Shown: one piece after another, positions 21,378 to 39,550 of the stretch | How the letters are laid out: each line of letters begins with the position of its first letter | Position numbering within the stretch: position 1 is the first letter of the stretch | Sequence record: PP400786 | Reading direction: 5' to 3' (one strand) | Source of the DNA: Escherichia phage FL12 | Length of the DNA: 64,000 nucleotides | Translations under genes and position numbers: made by a program | The notes under the pieces: generated by a model | Databases searched by the model: none | Seen by the model: only the letters and a program-made list of their open reading frames with translations | What the model was told of the DNA's origin: nothing

Positions 21378-22837
21378 CAGATATTGTACTGAATGACTTA
21401 CCATTCGTTGACGGCCCTCCTGCGGAGGGCCAGAGCCGCATTTCCTGGATTAAAAACGGCGAAGAAATATTAGGAGCTGACACACAGTATGGAAGCGAAG
21501 GTTCAATGAATAGACCTACAGTTTCTGTACTAAGAAATGTTGAAGTTCTTGATAAAAACATTGGAATACTCAAAACATCTTTAGAATCCGCGAATAGTGA
21601 TATTAAAACAATTCAGGGCATCTTAGATGTATCTGGTGATATTGAAGCTTTGGCCCAAATAAGTATCAATAAAAAGGATATTTCTGACCTCAAAACGCTA
21701 ACCAGTGAACACACAGAAATATTAAATGGAACTAATAGCACGGTTGACAGTATTCTTGCCGATATTGGTCCATTTAACGCCGAGGCCAACTCTGTATACA
21801 GAACAATCAGAAATGATTTACTGTGGATAAAGCGTGAACTTGGACAATACCCAGGTCAAGATATTAATGGTCTTCCTGTTGTAGGAAATCCTAGTAGTGG
21901 AATGAAGCATCGCATTATTAATAATACTGATGTCATTACTTCACAGGGAATACGTTTAAGCGAATTAGAAACAAAATTTATTGAATCTGATGTAGGTTCT
22001 TTGACTATTGAAGTTGGTAATCTTCGTGAAGAGCTTGGACCGAAACCACCATCATTTTCACAAAACGTTTATAGTCGTTTAAATGAAATTGACACTAAAC
22101 AGACAACATTTGAATCTGACATTAGTGCTATTAAGACCTCAATAGGATATCCAGGAAATAATTCGATTATCACGAGTGTTAATACAAACACTGATAATAT
22201 TGCATCTATTAATTTAGAGCTAAATCAAAGTGGAGGTATTAAACAGCGTTTAACCGTTATAGAAACTTCTATCGGTTCAGATGATATTCCTTCGAGTATT
22301 AAAGGCCAAATCAAAGATAATACAACTTCAATCGAATCTTTAAATGGAATCGTCGGTGAAAACACTTCATCTGGTTTAAGAGCGAATGTTTCGTGGTTAA
22401 ACCAAATTGTTGGAACTGATTCTAGCGGTGGACAACCTTCTCCTCCTGGGTCTCTTTTAAACCGAGTTTCTACAATTGAAACTTCTGTTTCAGGCTTGAA
22501 TAACGATGTTCAAAACCTACAAGTAGAGATTGGTAATAACAGCACAGGAATTAAAGGACAAGTTGTAGCGTTAAATACTTTAGTAAATGGAACTAATCCA
22601 AACGGTTCAACTGTTGAAGAACGCGGATTAACCAATTCAATAAAAGCTAACGAAACTAACATTGCATCAGTTACACAAGAAGTGAATACAGCTAAAGGCA
22701 ATATATCTTCTTTACAAGACGATGTTCAAGCTCTCCAAGAAGCCGGTTATATTCCTGAAGCTCCAAAAGATGGCCAAGCTTACGTTCGTAAAGACGGCGA
22801 ATGGGTATTGCTTTCTACCTTTTTATCACCAGCATAA
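21374..22837 (+). CDS. wac: Fibritin (whisker) with C-terminal foldon
   Basis: 487 aa; heptad-repeat coiled-coil segments; C-terminus [30 protein letters not shown] is the foldon trimerisation motif. Confidence 0.95.
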   Translation: MTDIVLNDLPFVDGPPAEGQSRISWIKNGEEILGADTQYGSEGSMNRPTVSVLRNVEVLDKNIGILKTSLESANSDIKTIQGILDVSGDIEALAQISINKKDISDLKTLTSEHTEILNGTNSTVDSILADIGPFNAEANSVYRTIRNDLLWIKRELGQYPGQDINGLPVVGNPSSGMKHRIINNTDVITSQGIRLSELETKFIESDVGSLTIEVGNLREELGPKPPSFSQNVYSRLNEIDTKQTTFESDISAIKTSIGYPGNNSIITSVNTNTDNIASINLELNQSGGIKQRLTVIETSIGSDDIPSSIKGQIKDNTTSIESLNGIVGENTSSGLRANVSWLNQIVGTDSSGGQPSPPGSLLNRVSTIETSVSGLNNDVQNLQVEIGNNSTGIKGQVVALNTLVNGTNPNGSTVEERGLTNSIKANETNIASVTQEVNTAKGNISSLQDDVQALQEAGYIPEAPKDGQAYVRKDGEWVLLSTFLSPA

Positions 22838-22840
22838 CAT

Positions 22841-22856
22841 GGGGCCGCAAGGCCCC
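22841..22856 (+). other. GNRA-tetraloop hairpin after wac
   Basis: GGGGCC-GCAA-GGCCCC directly after the wac stop; no T-run follows, so more likely an RNA stability or processing element than a terminator. Confidence 0.5.
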
Positions 22857-22868
22857 AAAGGATTTTAA

Positions 22869-25379
<2,511 letters not shown>

Positions 25380-25420
25380 TAAATATTATAAACTAATTAA
25401 AGCCCAGATTAGGAGAAATC

Positions 25421-28561
<3,141 letters not shown>

Positions 28562-28589
28562 TATTAAAGCATATTAAAGAGGATTAAAA

Positions 28590-30569
28590 ATGACTTTATT
28601 ATCTCCGGGCATTGAGCTCAAAGAAACTACGGTTCAAAGCACCGTGGTTAATAACTCTACTGGTACAGCAGCTTTGGCCGGTAAATTCCAGTGGGGTCCT
28701 GCTTTTCAGATTAAACAGGTTACAAATGAAGTAGATTTAGTTAATACTTTTGGTCAACCAACCGCTGAAACTGCTGACTATTTTATGTCTGCGATGAATT
28801 TCTTGCAGTACGGAAATGACTTACGAGTAGTTCGTGCTGTTGATAGAGATACCGCTAAAAACTCATCACCAATCGCTGGTAATATTGAATACACAATTTC
28901 TACCCCAGGTAGTAACTATGCAGTTGGAGATAAAATCACGGTCAAATATGTTTCAGATGATATTGAAACTGAAGGTAAAATTACTGAAGTAGACGCAGAT
29001 GGAAAAATTAAGAAAATTAATATTCCTACTGCAAAAATTATCGCTAAAGCGAAAGAAGTCGGTGAATATCCAACACTAGGTTCTAACTGGACTGCGGAAA
29101 TTTCTTCATCTTCCTCTGGTTTAGCTGCAGTAATAACTCTTGGAAAAATTATTACTGATTCTGGTATTTTATTAGCTGAAATTGAAAATGCTGAAGCTGC
29201 TATGACAGAGGTTGACTTTCAAGCAAATCTCGAAAAATACGGAATTCCAGGAGTAGTAGCTCTTTATCCAGGCGAATTAGGCGATAAAATTGAAATTGAA
29301 ATCGTATCTAAAGCTGACTACGCAAAAGGGGCTTCTGCATTACTGCCAATTTATCCAGGCGGTGGTACTCGTGCATCTACTGCTAAAGCTGTGTTTGGAT
29401 ATGGACCACAAACTGATTCACAGTACGCTATTATAGTTCGTCGCAATGATGCTATTGTTCAAAGTGTTGTTCTTTCAACTAAGCGTGGTGAAAAAGATAT
29501 TTACGATAGTAACATCTATATCGATGACTTTTTCGCAAAAGGTGGTTCAGAATATATTTTCGCAACTGCACAAAACTGGCCAGAAGGCTTCTCTGGAATT
29601 TTAACTCTGTCTGGTGGATTATCATCAAATGCTGAAGTAACAGCAGGAGATTTGATGGAAGCTTGGGACTTCTTTGCTGACCGTGAATCTGTTGATGTTC
29701 AACTGTTTATTGCGGGTTCTTGTGCCGGTGAATCTTTAGAAACAGCATCTACTGTCCAAAAACACGTCGTTTCAATTGGGGATGCTCGCCAAGATTGCTT
29801 AGTATTGTGCTCACCTCCGCGTGAAACTGTAGTTGGAATTCCTGTAACTCGTGCAGTAGATAATTTAGTTAACTGGAGAACTGCGACAGGTTCATACACT
29901 GATAATAACTTTAATATCAGTTCAACCTACGCAGCAATTGATGGTAACTACAAGTATCAGTATGACAAATATAATGATGTGAATCGTTGGGTTCCATTAG
30001 CAGCTGATATTGCTGGTTTATGCGCAAGAACTGATAACGTATCTCAGACTTGGATGTCTCCAGCTGGTTATAATCGTGGTCAGATTCTTAACGTTATTAA
30101 ACTGGCTATTGAAACTCGCCAGGCTCAGCGCGACCGTTTATACCAAGAAGCTATCAACCCAGTAACTGGTACAGGTGGTGATGGTTACGTATTGTATGGT
30201 GATAAAACAGCTACTTCTGTTCCTTCTCCATTTGATCGTATTAACGTTCGTCGTCTGTTTAATATGTTGAAAACGAATATCGGACGTAGTTCAAAATATC
30301 GTTTGTTCGAATTAAACAACGCGTTTACTCGTTCATCATTCCGCACAGAAACTGCCCAGTACTTGCAGGGAATTAAAGCTCTCGGTGGAATTTATGAATA
30401 TCGTGTAGTTTGCGATACAACAAATAATACTCCGTCAGTAATTGATAGAAATGAGTTTGTTGCAACATTCTACATCCAACCGGCTAGAAGCATTAACTAC
30501 ATTACCTTAAACTTCGTAGCAACTGCTACTGGTGCAGATTTCGATGAGTTGACTGGTCTTGCAGGTTAA
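28590..30569 (+). CDS. 18: Gene 18 contractile tail sheath
   Basis: 659 aa; synteny 17-18-19. Confidence 0.95.
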   Translation: MTLLSPGIELKETTVQSTVVNNSTGTAALAGKFQWGPAFQIKQVTNEVDLVNTFGQPTAETADYFMSAMNFLQYGNDLRVVRAVDRDTAKNSSPIAGNIEYTISTPGSNYAVGDKITVKYVSDDIETEGKITEVDADGKIKKINIPTAKIIAKAKEVGEYPTLGSNWTAEISSSSSGLAAVITLGKIITDSGILLAEIENAEAAMTEVDFQANLEKYGIPGVVALYPGELGDKIEIEIVSKADYAKGASALLPIYPGGGTRASTAKAVFGYGPQTDSQYAIIVRRNDAIVQSVVLSTKRGEKDIYDSNIYIDDFFAKGGSEYIFATAQNWPEGFSGILTLSGGLSSNAEVTAGDLMEAWDFFADRESVDVQLFIAGSCAGESLETASTVQKHVVSIGDARQDCLVLCSPPRETVVGIPVTRAVDNLVNWRTATGSYTDNNFNISSTYAAIDGNYKYQYDKYNDVNRWVPLAADIAGLCARTDNVSQTWMSPAGYNRGQILNVIKLAIETRQAQRDRLYQEAINPVTGTGGDGYVLYGDKTATSVPSPFDRINVRRLFNMLKTNIGRSSKYRLFELNNAFTRSSFRTETAQYLQGIKALGGIYEYRVVCDTTNNTPSVIDRNEFVATFYIQPARSINYITLNFVATATGADFDELTGLAG

Positions 30570-30585
30570 TACGGTGCATTCTAAA

Positions 30586-30603
30586 GGCCTGTTTCGGCAG
30601 GCC
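30586..30603 (+). other. Stem-loop after gene 18
   Basis: GGCCTG-TTTCGG-CAGGCC; no clear T-run. Confidence 0.5.
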
Positions 30604-30604
30604 A

Positions 30605-30671
30605 TATAAATACACTATATCCTTAATTCTTTAATTCTATATGCCCTAGGTTAAACATAGGGATATAAATA
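30605..30671 (+). promoter_or_regulatory. Two late promoters upstream of gene 19
   Basis: TATAAATA at 30605-30612 and again at 30664-30671. Confidence 0.7.
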
Positions 30672-30685
30672 CTACAGAGGCTAAT

Positions 30686-31177
30686 ATGTTTGTAGATGAT
30701 GTAACACGAGCGTTTGAATCTGGTGATTTTGCTCGACCTAACTTATTCCAAGTAGAAATTTCTTATCTTGGACAAAATTTTACGTTTCAATGTAAAGCCA
30801 CTGCTTTACCAGCTGGTATTGTAGAAAAAATTCCAGTCGGATTTATGAACCGTAAAATTAACGTAGCAGGCGATCGTACATTCGATGACTGGACTGTTAC
30901 AGTAATGAACGATGAGGCACATGATGCTCGCCAGAAGTTTGTTGATTGGCAAAGCATTGCTGCTGGGCAAGGGAACGAAATTACTGGTGGAAAACCAGCA
31001 GAGTATAAAAAGAGCGCTGTTGTTCGCCAATATGCTCGTGATGCTAAAACTGTAACAAAAGAAGTCGAAATTAAAGGCCTGTGGCCTACTAACGTGGGTG
31101 AACTTCAATTAGATTGGGATTCAAACAATGAAATCCAAACCTTTGAAGTAACTCTTGCTCTCGATTATTGGGAATAA
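30686..31177 (+). CDS. 19: Gene 19 tail tube
   Basis: 163 aa; synteny. Confidence 0.9.
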   Translation: MFVDDVTRAFESGDFARPNLFQVEISYLGQNFTFQCKATALPAGIVEKIPVGFMNRKINVAGDRTFDDWTVTVMNDEAHDARQKFVDWQSIAAGQGNEITGGKPAEYKKSAVVRQYARDAKTVTKEVEIKGLWPTNVGELQLDWDSNNEIQTFEVTLALDYWE

Positions 31178-31184
31178 AATGAAT

Positions 31185-31198
31185 GGGGAGAAATCCCC
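31185..31198 (+). other. GAAA-tetraloop hairpin after gene 19
   Basis: GGGGA-GAAA-TCCCC. Confidence 0.5.
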
Positions 31199-31209
31199 AT
31201 CCTGCTTAA

Positions 31210-32834
<1,625 letters not shown>

Positions 32835-32835
<1 letters not shown>

Positions 32836-33083
32836 TGGAAGGTTTAATTGAAGCTATTAAATCAAACGACCTCGTAGCCGCTCGTAAATTATTTGCTGAA
32901 GCCATGGCTGCAAGAACGACTGATTTAATTAAAGAAGAAAAAATCGCTATCGCTCGTAATTTCTTAATCGAAGGTGAAGAACCTGATGACGAGGATGATG
33001 ACGAAGACGAAGATAGTGATGATAAAGACGACAAAAAAGACAAAGATTCTGATGAAGATGACGAAGACGAGGATGATGAATAA
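32835..33083 (+). CDS. 67: Gene 67 prohead core protein
   Basis: 82 aa with extremely acidic Asp/Glu C-terminal tract; synteny 20-67-68-21. Confidence 0.85.
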
Positions 33084-33508
33084 TGCTTCTGATCCCTGAA
33101 ACTCATGAATTAGTTCTCGAGAATGTCGAAGCACTTATTCCTGAAGCACAGGGTCGCTTTGACGAATTGTCTTCTGCTTTAAATAAAGACGATATAAATA
33201 CAATTGTCGAGAATATGCTTGATGATGAAACTGATTTAGCGGTTGCATTAGCTTCTATTAATGAAAATATGCCGTTAAATGAATTTATCGTTAAACATGT
33301 TTCTGCCCGTGGTGAAATTACTCGCACTAAAGATCGCAAAACCCGCGAACGTAATGCATTTCAAACTACCGGGTTGTCTAAAGCAAAACGTAGACAAATT
33401 GCTCGTAAAGCTACCAAAACGAAGATTGCCAATCCAGCAGGTCAATCTCGTGCTCAGCGTAAGCGTAAAAAAGCTCTTAAACGCCGTAAAGCATTAGGAT
33501 TAAGCTAA
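33083..33508 (+). CDS. 68: Gene 68 prohead core protein
   Basis: 141 aa, basic C-terminus; synteny. Confidence 0.85.
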
Positions 33509-34146
33509 TGAATGAACCCCAATTACTAATTGAAACTTGGGGTCAACCTGGCGAAATTATTGATGGCGTGCCAATGCTTGAATCTCATGATGGAAAAGAC
33601 TTAGGTTTAAAACCGGGTTTATACATCGAAGGAATATTCATGCAAGCGGAAGTTGTCAATAGAAATAAACGTCTTTATCCAAAACGTATATTAGAAAAAG
33701 CGGTAAAAGACTATATTAATGAGCAAGTTTTAACTAAACAAGCTCTCGGAGAATTAAATCATCCTCCACGCGCTAATGTTGACCCGATGCAAGCCGCTAT
33801 CATTATAGAAGATATGTGGTGGAAAGGAAATGACGTATACGGACGAGCTCGTGTTATTGAAGGTGACCATGGTCCTGGAGATAAATTAGCAGCTAATATT
33901 CGTGCCGGATGGATTCCAGGAGTTTCTTCTCGTGGATTAGGTTCATTGACTGACACAAATAAAGGTTATCGTATCGTAAACGAAGGATTCAAATTAACTG
34001 TAGGTGTTGATGCAGTATGGGGTCCAAGTGCTCCAGATGCATGGGTAACTCCTAAGGAAATTACCGAATCACAGACGGCGGAAGCCGATACAAGTGCCGA
34101 TGACGCCTATATGGCTCTCGCAGAGGCCATGAAAAAAGCGTTATAA
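33508..34146 (+). CDS. 21: Gene 21 prohead core protease
   Basis: 212 aa; synteny between 68 and 22. Confidence 0.9.
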   Translation: MNEPQLLIETWGQPGEIIDGVPMLESHDGKDLGLKPGLYIEGIFMQAEVVNRNKRLYPKRILEKAVKDYINEQVLTKQALGELNHPPRANVDPMQAAIIIEDMWWKGNDVYGRARVIEGDHGPGDKLAANIRAGWIPGVSSRGLGSLTDTNKGYRIVNEGFKLTVGVDAVWGPSAPDAWVTPKEITESQTAEADTSADDAYMALAEAMKKAL

Positions 34147-34176
34147 ATATTATTATCTAAACAACAGGACTACAAA

Positions 34177-34986
34177 ATGCTTAAAGAACAACTGATTGCC
34201 GAAGCGCAGAAAATTGATGCTTCCGTTGCTCTTGATAGTATTTTCGAATCAGTTAATATTTCTCCGGAAGCAAAAGAAACTTTCGGCACTGTATTCGAAG
34301 CTACCGTCAAGCAGCACGCCGTTAAATTAGCTGAATCTCATATCGCTAAAATTGCTGAAAAAGCAGAAGAAGAAGTAGAAAAAAATAAAGAAGAAGCAGA
34401 AGAAAAAGCTGAGAAGAAAATCGCTGAGCAAGCTTCTAAATTCCTTGACCATCTTGCAAAAGAATGGCTCACTGAAAATAAATTAGCAGTAGATAAAGGT
34501 ATCAAAGCCGAACTGTTTGAATCCATGCTTGGTGGATTGAAAGAGCTCTTCATTGAACACAACGTTGTTGTTCCAGAAGAATCAGTTGATGTTGTAGCTG
34601 AAATGGAAGAAGAGCTGCAAGAACATAAAGAAGAATCAGCTCGTCTGTTCGAAGAACTCAATAAGCGTGACGCATATATCAATTATGTGCAGCGTGAAGT
34701 GGCATTGAGCGAAAGTACTAAAGATCTGACTGAGTCTCAAAAAGAAAAAGTCTCTGCTCTGGTCGAAGGTATGGATTATTCAGATGCATTCTCAAGTAAA
34801 TTGAGTGCAATCGTAGAAATGGTGAAGAAATCTAATAAAGATGAAAGCACTATTACTGAGAGTATAAATACTCCTGATACTGAAGCAGCCGGACTGAATT
34901 TCGTCACTGAAGCTGTAGAAGATAAAGCTGCACAGGGTGCAGAAGATATTGTAAGTGTATATGCGAAAGTCGCATCTCGTTTCTAA
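34177..34986 (+). CDS. 22: Gene 22 prohead scaffolding core protein
   Basis: 269 aa; Glu/Lys-rich helical scaffold sequence; synteny. Confidence 0.9.
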   Translation: MLKEQLIAEAQKIDASVALDSIFESVNISPEAKETFGTVFEATVKQHAVKLAESHIAKIAEKAEEEVEKNKEEAEEKAEKKIAEQASKFLDHLAKEWLTENKLAVDKGIKAELFESMLGGLKELFIEHNVVVPEESVDVVAEMEEELQEHKEESARLFEELNKRDAYINYVQREVALSESTKDLTESQKEKVSALVEGMDYSDAFSSKLSAIVEMVKKSNKDESTITESINTPDTEAAGLNFVTEAVEDKAAQGAEDIVSVYAKVASRF

Positions 34987-35004
34987 TTTTAAAGGTTAAC
35001 ACAA

Positions 35005-36570
35005 ATGACTATCAAAACTAAAGCTGAACTTTTGAACAAATGGAAGCCATTACTGGAAGGTGAAGGTTTACCGGAAATTGCTAATAGCAAACAAGCGATT
35101 ATCGCTAAAATCTTTGAAAACCAGGAAAAAGATTTCCAGACAGCTCCGGAATATAAAGACGAAAAAATTGCTCAGGCATTTGGTTCTTTCTTAACAGAAG
35201 CTGAAATCGGTGGTGACCACGGTTACAATGCTACCAACATCGCTGCAGGTCAGACTTCTGGTGCAGTAACTCAGATTGGCCCAGCTGTTATGGGTATGGT
35301 ACGTCGTGCTATTCCTAACCTGATTGCTTTCGATATTTGCGGTGTTCAGCCGATGAACAGCCCGACTGGCCAGGTATTCGCACTGCGTGCAGTATATGGT
35401 AAAGACCCAATTGCTTCCGATGCTAAAGAAGCATTCCACCCAATGTATGGTCCAGATGCAATGTTCTCTGGTCAGGGTGCTGCTAAGAAATTCGCTGCTT
35501 TGAAAGCAAGTGATACTCTTGAAGTTGGAACTATTTACACCCACTTCTTCCAGGACACTGGTACTGTATATCTGCAAGCTACAGAAGTTAAGCAAATTGA
35601 TACTAGTGCATCTGACGCAGCTAAATTAGATGCTGAAATTAAGAAACAAATGGAAGCTGGTGTACTGGTAGAAATCGCTGAAGGTATGGCTACTTCTATC
35701 GCTGAACTCCAGGAAGGTTTCAATGGTTCTACCGATAACCCATGGAATGAAATGGGCTTCCGTATCGATAAGCAAGTTATCGAAGCTAAATCTCGTCAGC
35801 TGAAAGCTGCTTACTCTATTGAATTAGCACAAGACCTTCGCGCTGTTCACGGTATGGATGCTGATGCTGAACTGTCTGGTATTCTGGCTACCGAAATTAT
35901 GCTGGAAATCAACCGCGAAGTTGTTGATTGGATTAACTACTCCGCTCAGGTTGGTAAATCTGGTATGACCCTGACTCCGGGTTCTAAAGCTGGTGTATTT
36001 GACTTCCAGGACCCAATCGATATTCGTGGTGCTCGCTGGGCAGGTGAATCCTTTAAAGCTTTGTTGTTCCAGATTGACAAAGAAGCAGTTGAAATTGCTC
36101 GTCAGACCGGTCGTGGTGAAGGTAACTTCATTATCGCTTCCCGTAACGTAGTTAACGTTCTGGCTTCAGTTGATACTGGCATTTCTTATGCTGCACAGGG
36201 TCTGGCTACCGGCTTTAACACTGATACTACCAAGTCAGTATTTGCTGGTGTTCTGGGTGGTAAATACCGTGTATATATCGACCAGTATGCTAAACAGGAT
36301 TATTTCACTGTAGGTTATAAAGGTCCGAACGAAATGGATGCTGGTATTTACTACGCTCCATATGTAGCTCTGACTCCGCTGCGTGGTTCCGATCCGAAGA
36401 ACTTCCAACCGGTAATGGGATTCAAAACTCGTTACGGTATCGGTATCAACCCATTTGCAGAATCCGCTGCTCAGGCTCCGGCTTCTCGCATCCAGAGCGG
36501 TATGCCTTCTATTCTGAATAGCCTTGGTAAGAACGCTTACTTTAGACGTGTATATGTTAAAGGTATCTAA
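35005..36570 (+). CDS. 23: Gene 23 major capsid protein
   Basis: 521 aa; begins MTIKTKAELLNKWKPLLEGEG; synteny 22-23-24. Confidence 0.97.
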   Translation: MTIKTKAELLNKWKPLLEGEGLPEIANSKQAIIAKIFENQEKDFQTAPEYKDEKIAQAFGSFLTEAEIGGDHGYNATNIAAGQTSGAVTQIGPAVMGMVRRAIPNLIAFDICGVQPMNSPTGQVFALRAVYGKDPIASDAKEAFHPMYGPDAMFSGQGAAKKFAALKASDTLEVGTIYTHFFQDTGTVYLQATEVKQIDTSASDAAKLDAEIKKQMEAGVLVEIAEGMATSIAELQEGFNGSTDNPWNEMGFRIDKQVIEAKSRQLKAAYSIELAQDLRAVHGMDADAELSGILATEIMLEINREVVDWINYSAQVGKSGMTLTPGSKAGVFDFQDPIDIRGARWAGESFKALLFQIDKEAVEIARQTGRGEGNFIIASRNVVNVLASVDTGISYAAQGLATGFNTDTTKSVFAGVLGGKYRVYIDQYAKQDYFTVGYKGPNEMDAGIYYAPYVALTPLRGSDPKNFQPVMGFKTRYGIGINPFAESAAQAPASRIQSGMPSILNSLGKNAYFRRVYVKGI

Positions 36571-36585
36571 TCTTTGACGATTTAA

Positions 36586-36614
36586 GGGACCTTCGGGTCC
36601 CTTTAGTTGTTTTT
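36586..36614 (+). terminator. Intrinsic terminator after gene 23
   Basis: GGGACC-TTCG-GGTCCC followed by TTTAGTTGTTTTTA. Confidence 0.8.
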
Positions 36615-36618
36615 ATGG

Positions 36619-36626
36619 TATAAATA
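36619..36626 (+). promoter_or_regulatory. Late promoter for gene 24
   Basis: TATAAATA about 27 nt before the gene 24 ATG. Confidence 0.7.
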
Positions 36627-36653
36627 AATCATATAAACCAAAAGGAAAGCGCA

Positions 36654-37937
36654 ATGGCTAAAATCAACGAACTTCTGCGCGAATCAACCACAACGAATAG
36701 CAACTCAATCGGTCGCCCAAATCTCGTTGCTTTGACTCGCGCTACCACTAAATTAATATATTCTGACATTGTAGCAACGCAAAGAACTAATCAACCTGTT
36801 GCTGCTTTTTATGGTATCAAATACCTTAACCCAGACAACGAATTTACATTTAAAACTGGTGCTACTTACGCTGGCGAAGCTGGATATGTAGACCGAGAAC
36901 AAATCACAGAATTAACAGAAGAGTCTAAATTAACTCTCAATAAAGGCGATTTATTCAAATATAATAATATCGTCTATAAAGTGTTAGAAGATACACCATT
37001 TGCAGATATTCAAGAAAGTGACTTAGAGCTAGCTCTTCAGATTGCAATTGTTCTTTTAAAGGTTCGTCTATTTTCTGATGCAGCGTCAACAAGCAAATTT
37101 GAAAGCTCTGATAGTGAAATTGCGGATGCTAGATTCCAGATTAATAAATGGCAAACCGCAGTTAAATCTCGTAAACTTAAAACTGGCATTACAGTTGAAT
37201 TAGCACAAGATTTAGAAGCAAATGGATTCGATGCTCCTAATTTCTTGGAAGATTTGCTTGCAACCGAAATGGCAGATGAAATCAATAAAGATATTCTGCA
37301 GTCTTTGATTACAGTGTCAAAACGTTATAAAGTTACAGGAATTACTGATACTGGATTCATTGATTTGAGTTATGCATCTGCACCTGAAGCGGGTCGTTCA
37401 TTATATCGAATGGTATGTGAAATGGTTTCACATATCCAAAAAGAATCAACTTATACAGCAACGTTCTGTGTTGCTTCAGCTCGTGCTGCTGCGATTCTTG
37501 CTGCATCAGGTTGGTTAAAACATAAACCAGAAGATGATAAATATCTTTCACAAAATGCCTACGGGTTCTTAGCTAATGGTTTACCACTTTATTGCGATAC
37601 TAACAGCCCATTAGATTATGTAATCGTTGGTGTAGTAGAAAATATCGGTGAAAAAGAAATCGTTGGATCAATTTTCTATGCTCCATACACTGAAGGAGTA
37701 GATTTAGATGACCCGGAACATGTCGGTGCTTTTAAAGTTGTTGTTGATCCAGAAAGCTTACAACCGTCTATCGGTTTATTAGTTAGATATGCTTTATCAG
37801 CAAATCCTTATACCGTAGCAAAAGATGAAAAAGAAGCAAGAATAATTGATGGTGGAGACATGGATAAAATGGCGGGTCGTTCAGATTTGTCTGTTTTATT
37901 AGGTGTTAAATTACCAAAAATTATTATTGATGAATAA
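36654..37937 (+). CDS. 24: Gene 24 capsid vertex protein
   Basis: 427 aa; synteny. Confidence 0.92.
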   Translation: MAKINELLRESTTTNSNSIGRPNLVALTRATTKLIYSDIVATQRTNQPVAAFYGIKYLNPDNEFTFKTGATYAGEAGYVDREQITELTEESKLTLNKGDLFKYNNIVYKVLEDTPFADIQESDLELALQIAIVLLKVRLFSDAASTSKFESSDSEIADARFQINKWQTAVKSRKLKTGITVELAQDLEANGFDAPNFLEDLLATEMADEINKDILQSLITVSKRYKVTGITDTGFIDLSYASAPEAGRSLYRMVCEMVSHIQKESTYTATFCVASARAAAILAASGWLKHKPEDDKYLSQNAYGFLANGLPLYCDTNSPLDYVIVGVVENIGEKEIVGSIFYAPYTEGVDLDDPEHVGAFKVVVDPESLQPSIGLLVRYALSANPYTVAKDEKEARIIDGGDMDKMAGRSDLSVLLGVKLPKIIIDE

Positions 37938-37943
37938 AACAAA

Positions 37944-37964
37944 GGGACCGAAAGGTCCCTTTTT
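37944..37964. terminator. Bidirectional terminator between gene 24 and rnlB
   Basis: GGGACC-GAAA-GGTCCC flanked by an A-run upstream and TTTTT downstream; convergent gene ends. Confidence 0.8.
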
Positions 37965-37966
37965 AT

Positions 37967-38971
37967 TTAGCTCATTAACTCAATCCAAGCTGGACGAAGT
38001 ACATCTTGCACCATTTTAACTAATTCCTTTTTAATCAAAGAAGGATTATCTGCTTGAGTTAGAGTAATACCTTCACGAGAAGTTTCTTCCAAAATATCTT
38101 GAACAGTTAGCCCCATCACCTTTCCAAAATCCTTTGGACCAATTTCGCCAATTTTAGAAATAACGTTATTTACTCGGTTCAGTGTAACGTAACAAGCTAA
38201 AATCCCCACCAATTTGTTATCAGCTTCTGACAGTTCAACTTTAGCTTTAATAGGCTTATCAGACTTTTTCTTTTCACTAAATTTGGAATTCTTGCATTTA
38301 ATCGCTACACGATTGCGATTAGGCAGCCAAGAAGGATAACAAGGTTTCAATACATATCCTTCAGCAGTAAATACTTCGCCTTTTGCTTCGGCATTCCAGA
38401 CGCATTTATTTGCATCAACTAATCCAGCATGGTCTACTGTAAAATTATAATCTTGGACGACAGAATCTAAATCATTTGGCAATTTAATAAGCTCTTCAAA
38501 TTTACCGCGACCTAAAAGTGGAGCCATTTTAAATTTAAATGTATTACAGAATGATTCCATCATATAATCGTCGACATAAGTCACATCACCACTTTCTGTA
38601 GTGACAATAATGTCAAATACATAAAAATCTTTATCACCATAATCAACATTCTTCTGAATGCCAGGTCCAGCGAATTCGCCAAAGACTTGATAAGATACAA
38701 CCGCTGAGGTTTCCATAATATCTTGTACTGCTTTAATGGAATCAGCGTAATTCTTTAGAATAATTTCATACCCAAAGAAATCTTCAGCGGGAAGAATCGG
38801 TCCAGTACGTTTAGCGCAAGTTACTTTATCACGCTCAATAATCAATGAGAAATTTGTGCCGTGAATCTTTTCACGAGCTACCCATTCGCCGCCAGTCAAT
38901 CCTAAGTTATAAAGTTTTTCAATAAATTTAGAGTTGTAATGATTTTCAAGACTGCTATACTTTTTAAACAT
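37967..38971 (-). CDS. rnlB: RNA ligase 2
   Basis: 334 aa; nucleotidyltransferase motif I KIHGTN near the N-terminus; position after gene 24. Confidence 0.9.
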   Translation of the reverse strand: MFKKYSSLENHYNSKFIEKLYNLGLTGGEWVAREKIHGTNFSLIIERDKVTCAKRTGPILPAEDFFGYEIILKNYADSIKAVQDIMETSAVVSYQVFGEFAGPGIQKNVDYGDKDFYVFDIIVTTESGDVTYVDDYMMESFCNTFKFKMAPLLGRGKFEELIKLPNDLDSVVQDYNFTVDHAGLVDANKCVWNAEAKGEVFTAEGYVLKPCYPSWLPNRNRVAIKCKNSKFSEKKKSDKPIKAKVELSEADNKLVGILACYVTLNRVNNVISKIGEIGPKDFGKVMGLTVQDILEETSREGITLTQADNPSLIKKELVKMVQDVLRPAWIELMS

Positions 38972-38980
38972 AATTAATCC

Positions 38981-39259
38981 TCAAAATGTAATTTCTAACC
39001 AATCACCATCACGCTGATCACTATTGACTTTAAAGCTGAATCCTTCTTTTCTCAGCCAATCACCAATTTCTTCAGTAATCAATTTATCACGAGCAATACA
39101 ATAATAACTAAAATGCGTTTTACCTTGTTCAGCTGCTTTATTAGCAAGTTCCGAAAAATCTTTAATAAAACACTCTAGCTTAAACTGTTTACTTTTTAAT
39201 GCTTTTTCGCGCAATTGATTAGCAAAAGATTCATTTTCATAAAGATCATACTGTTCCAT
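38981..39259 (-). CDS. Hypothetical protein (gene 24.2 position), 92 aa
   Basis: ATG-initiated ORF downstream of hoc. Confidence 0.6.
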   Translation of the reverse strand: MEQYDLYENESFANQLREKALKSKQFKLECFIKDFSELANKAAEQGKTHFSYYCIARDKLITEEIGDWLRKEGFSFKVNSDQRDGDWLEITF

Positions 39260-39461
39260 TTTTCACCTTTTTATTGATATGTCTTTTTCTATAGACAACT
39301 TTTTCTCGAGTTTCAAATTTATTCTTAGCAGTCATAGCTCGAGCCCATAATACAGCCACTTCTTTTGCCTGTAAGTTCAATTCACGAGCAATTTCAATGA
39401 ATGACTTTCCAGACTCATGAAGAGTAAACACCACAACCTCAGTTCTCATAATCAATCTCAT
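39246..39461 (-). CDS. Hypothetical protein (gene 24.3 position), 71 aa
   Basis: Small ORF with possible helix-turn-helix (SFIEIARELNL); overlaps the 24.2 start. Confidence 0.55.
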   Translation of the reverse strand: MRLIMRTEVVVFTLHESGKSFIEIARELNLQAKEVAVLWARAMTAKNKFETREKVVYRKRHINKKVKNGTV

Positions 39462-39530
39462 GTTATCGAGTTGGTGCCATTATATACATCATTTTCTGAT
39501 TGTGTTTTGTGTGCTTTCAAAATGAAGAAA

Positions 39531-39545
39531 GGGGCCGAAGCCCCC
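39531..39545 (-). terminator. Terminator after hoc
   Basis: On the minus-strand RNA, GGGGC-UUCG-GCCCC followed by a U-rich tract. Confidence 0.7.
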
Positions 39546-39550
39546 TATGA

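Noticed and set aside
34338-34682. 114-aa antisense ORF inside gene 22, and similar antisense ORFs elsewhere (3029-3214, 10033-10251, 15749-16084, 35191-35595 and others in the track)
   Set aside because: Each lies entirely within a longer, motif-supported gene on the opposite strand, lacks a Shine-Dalgarno sequence, and has low-complexity composition typical of antisense frames.
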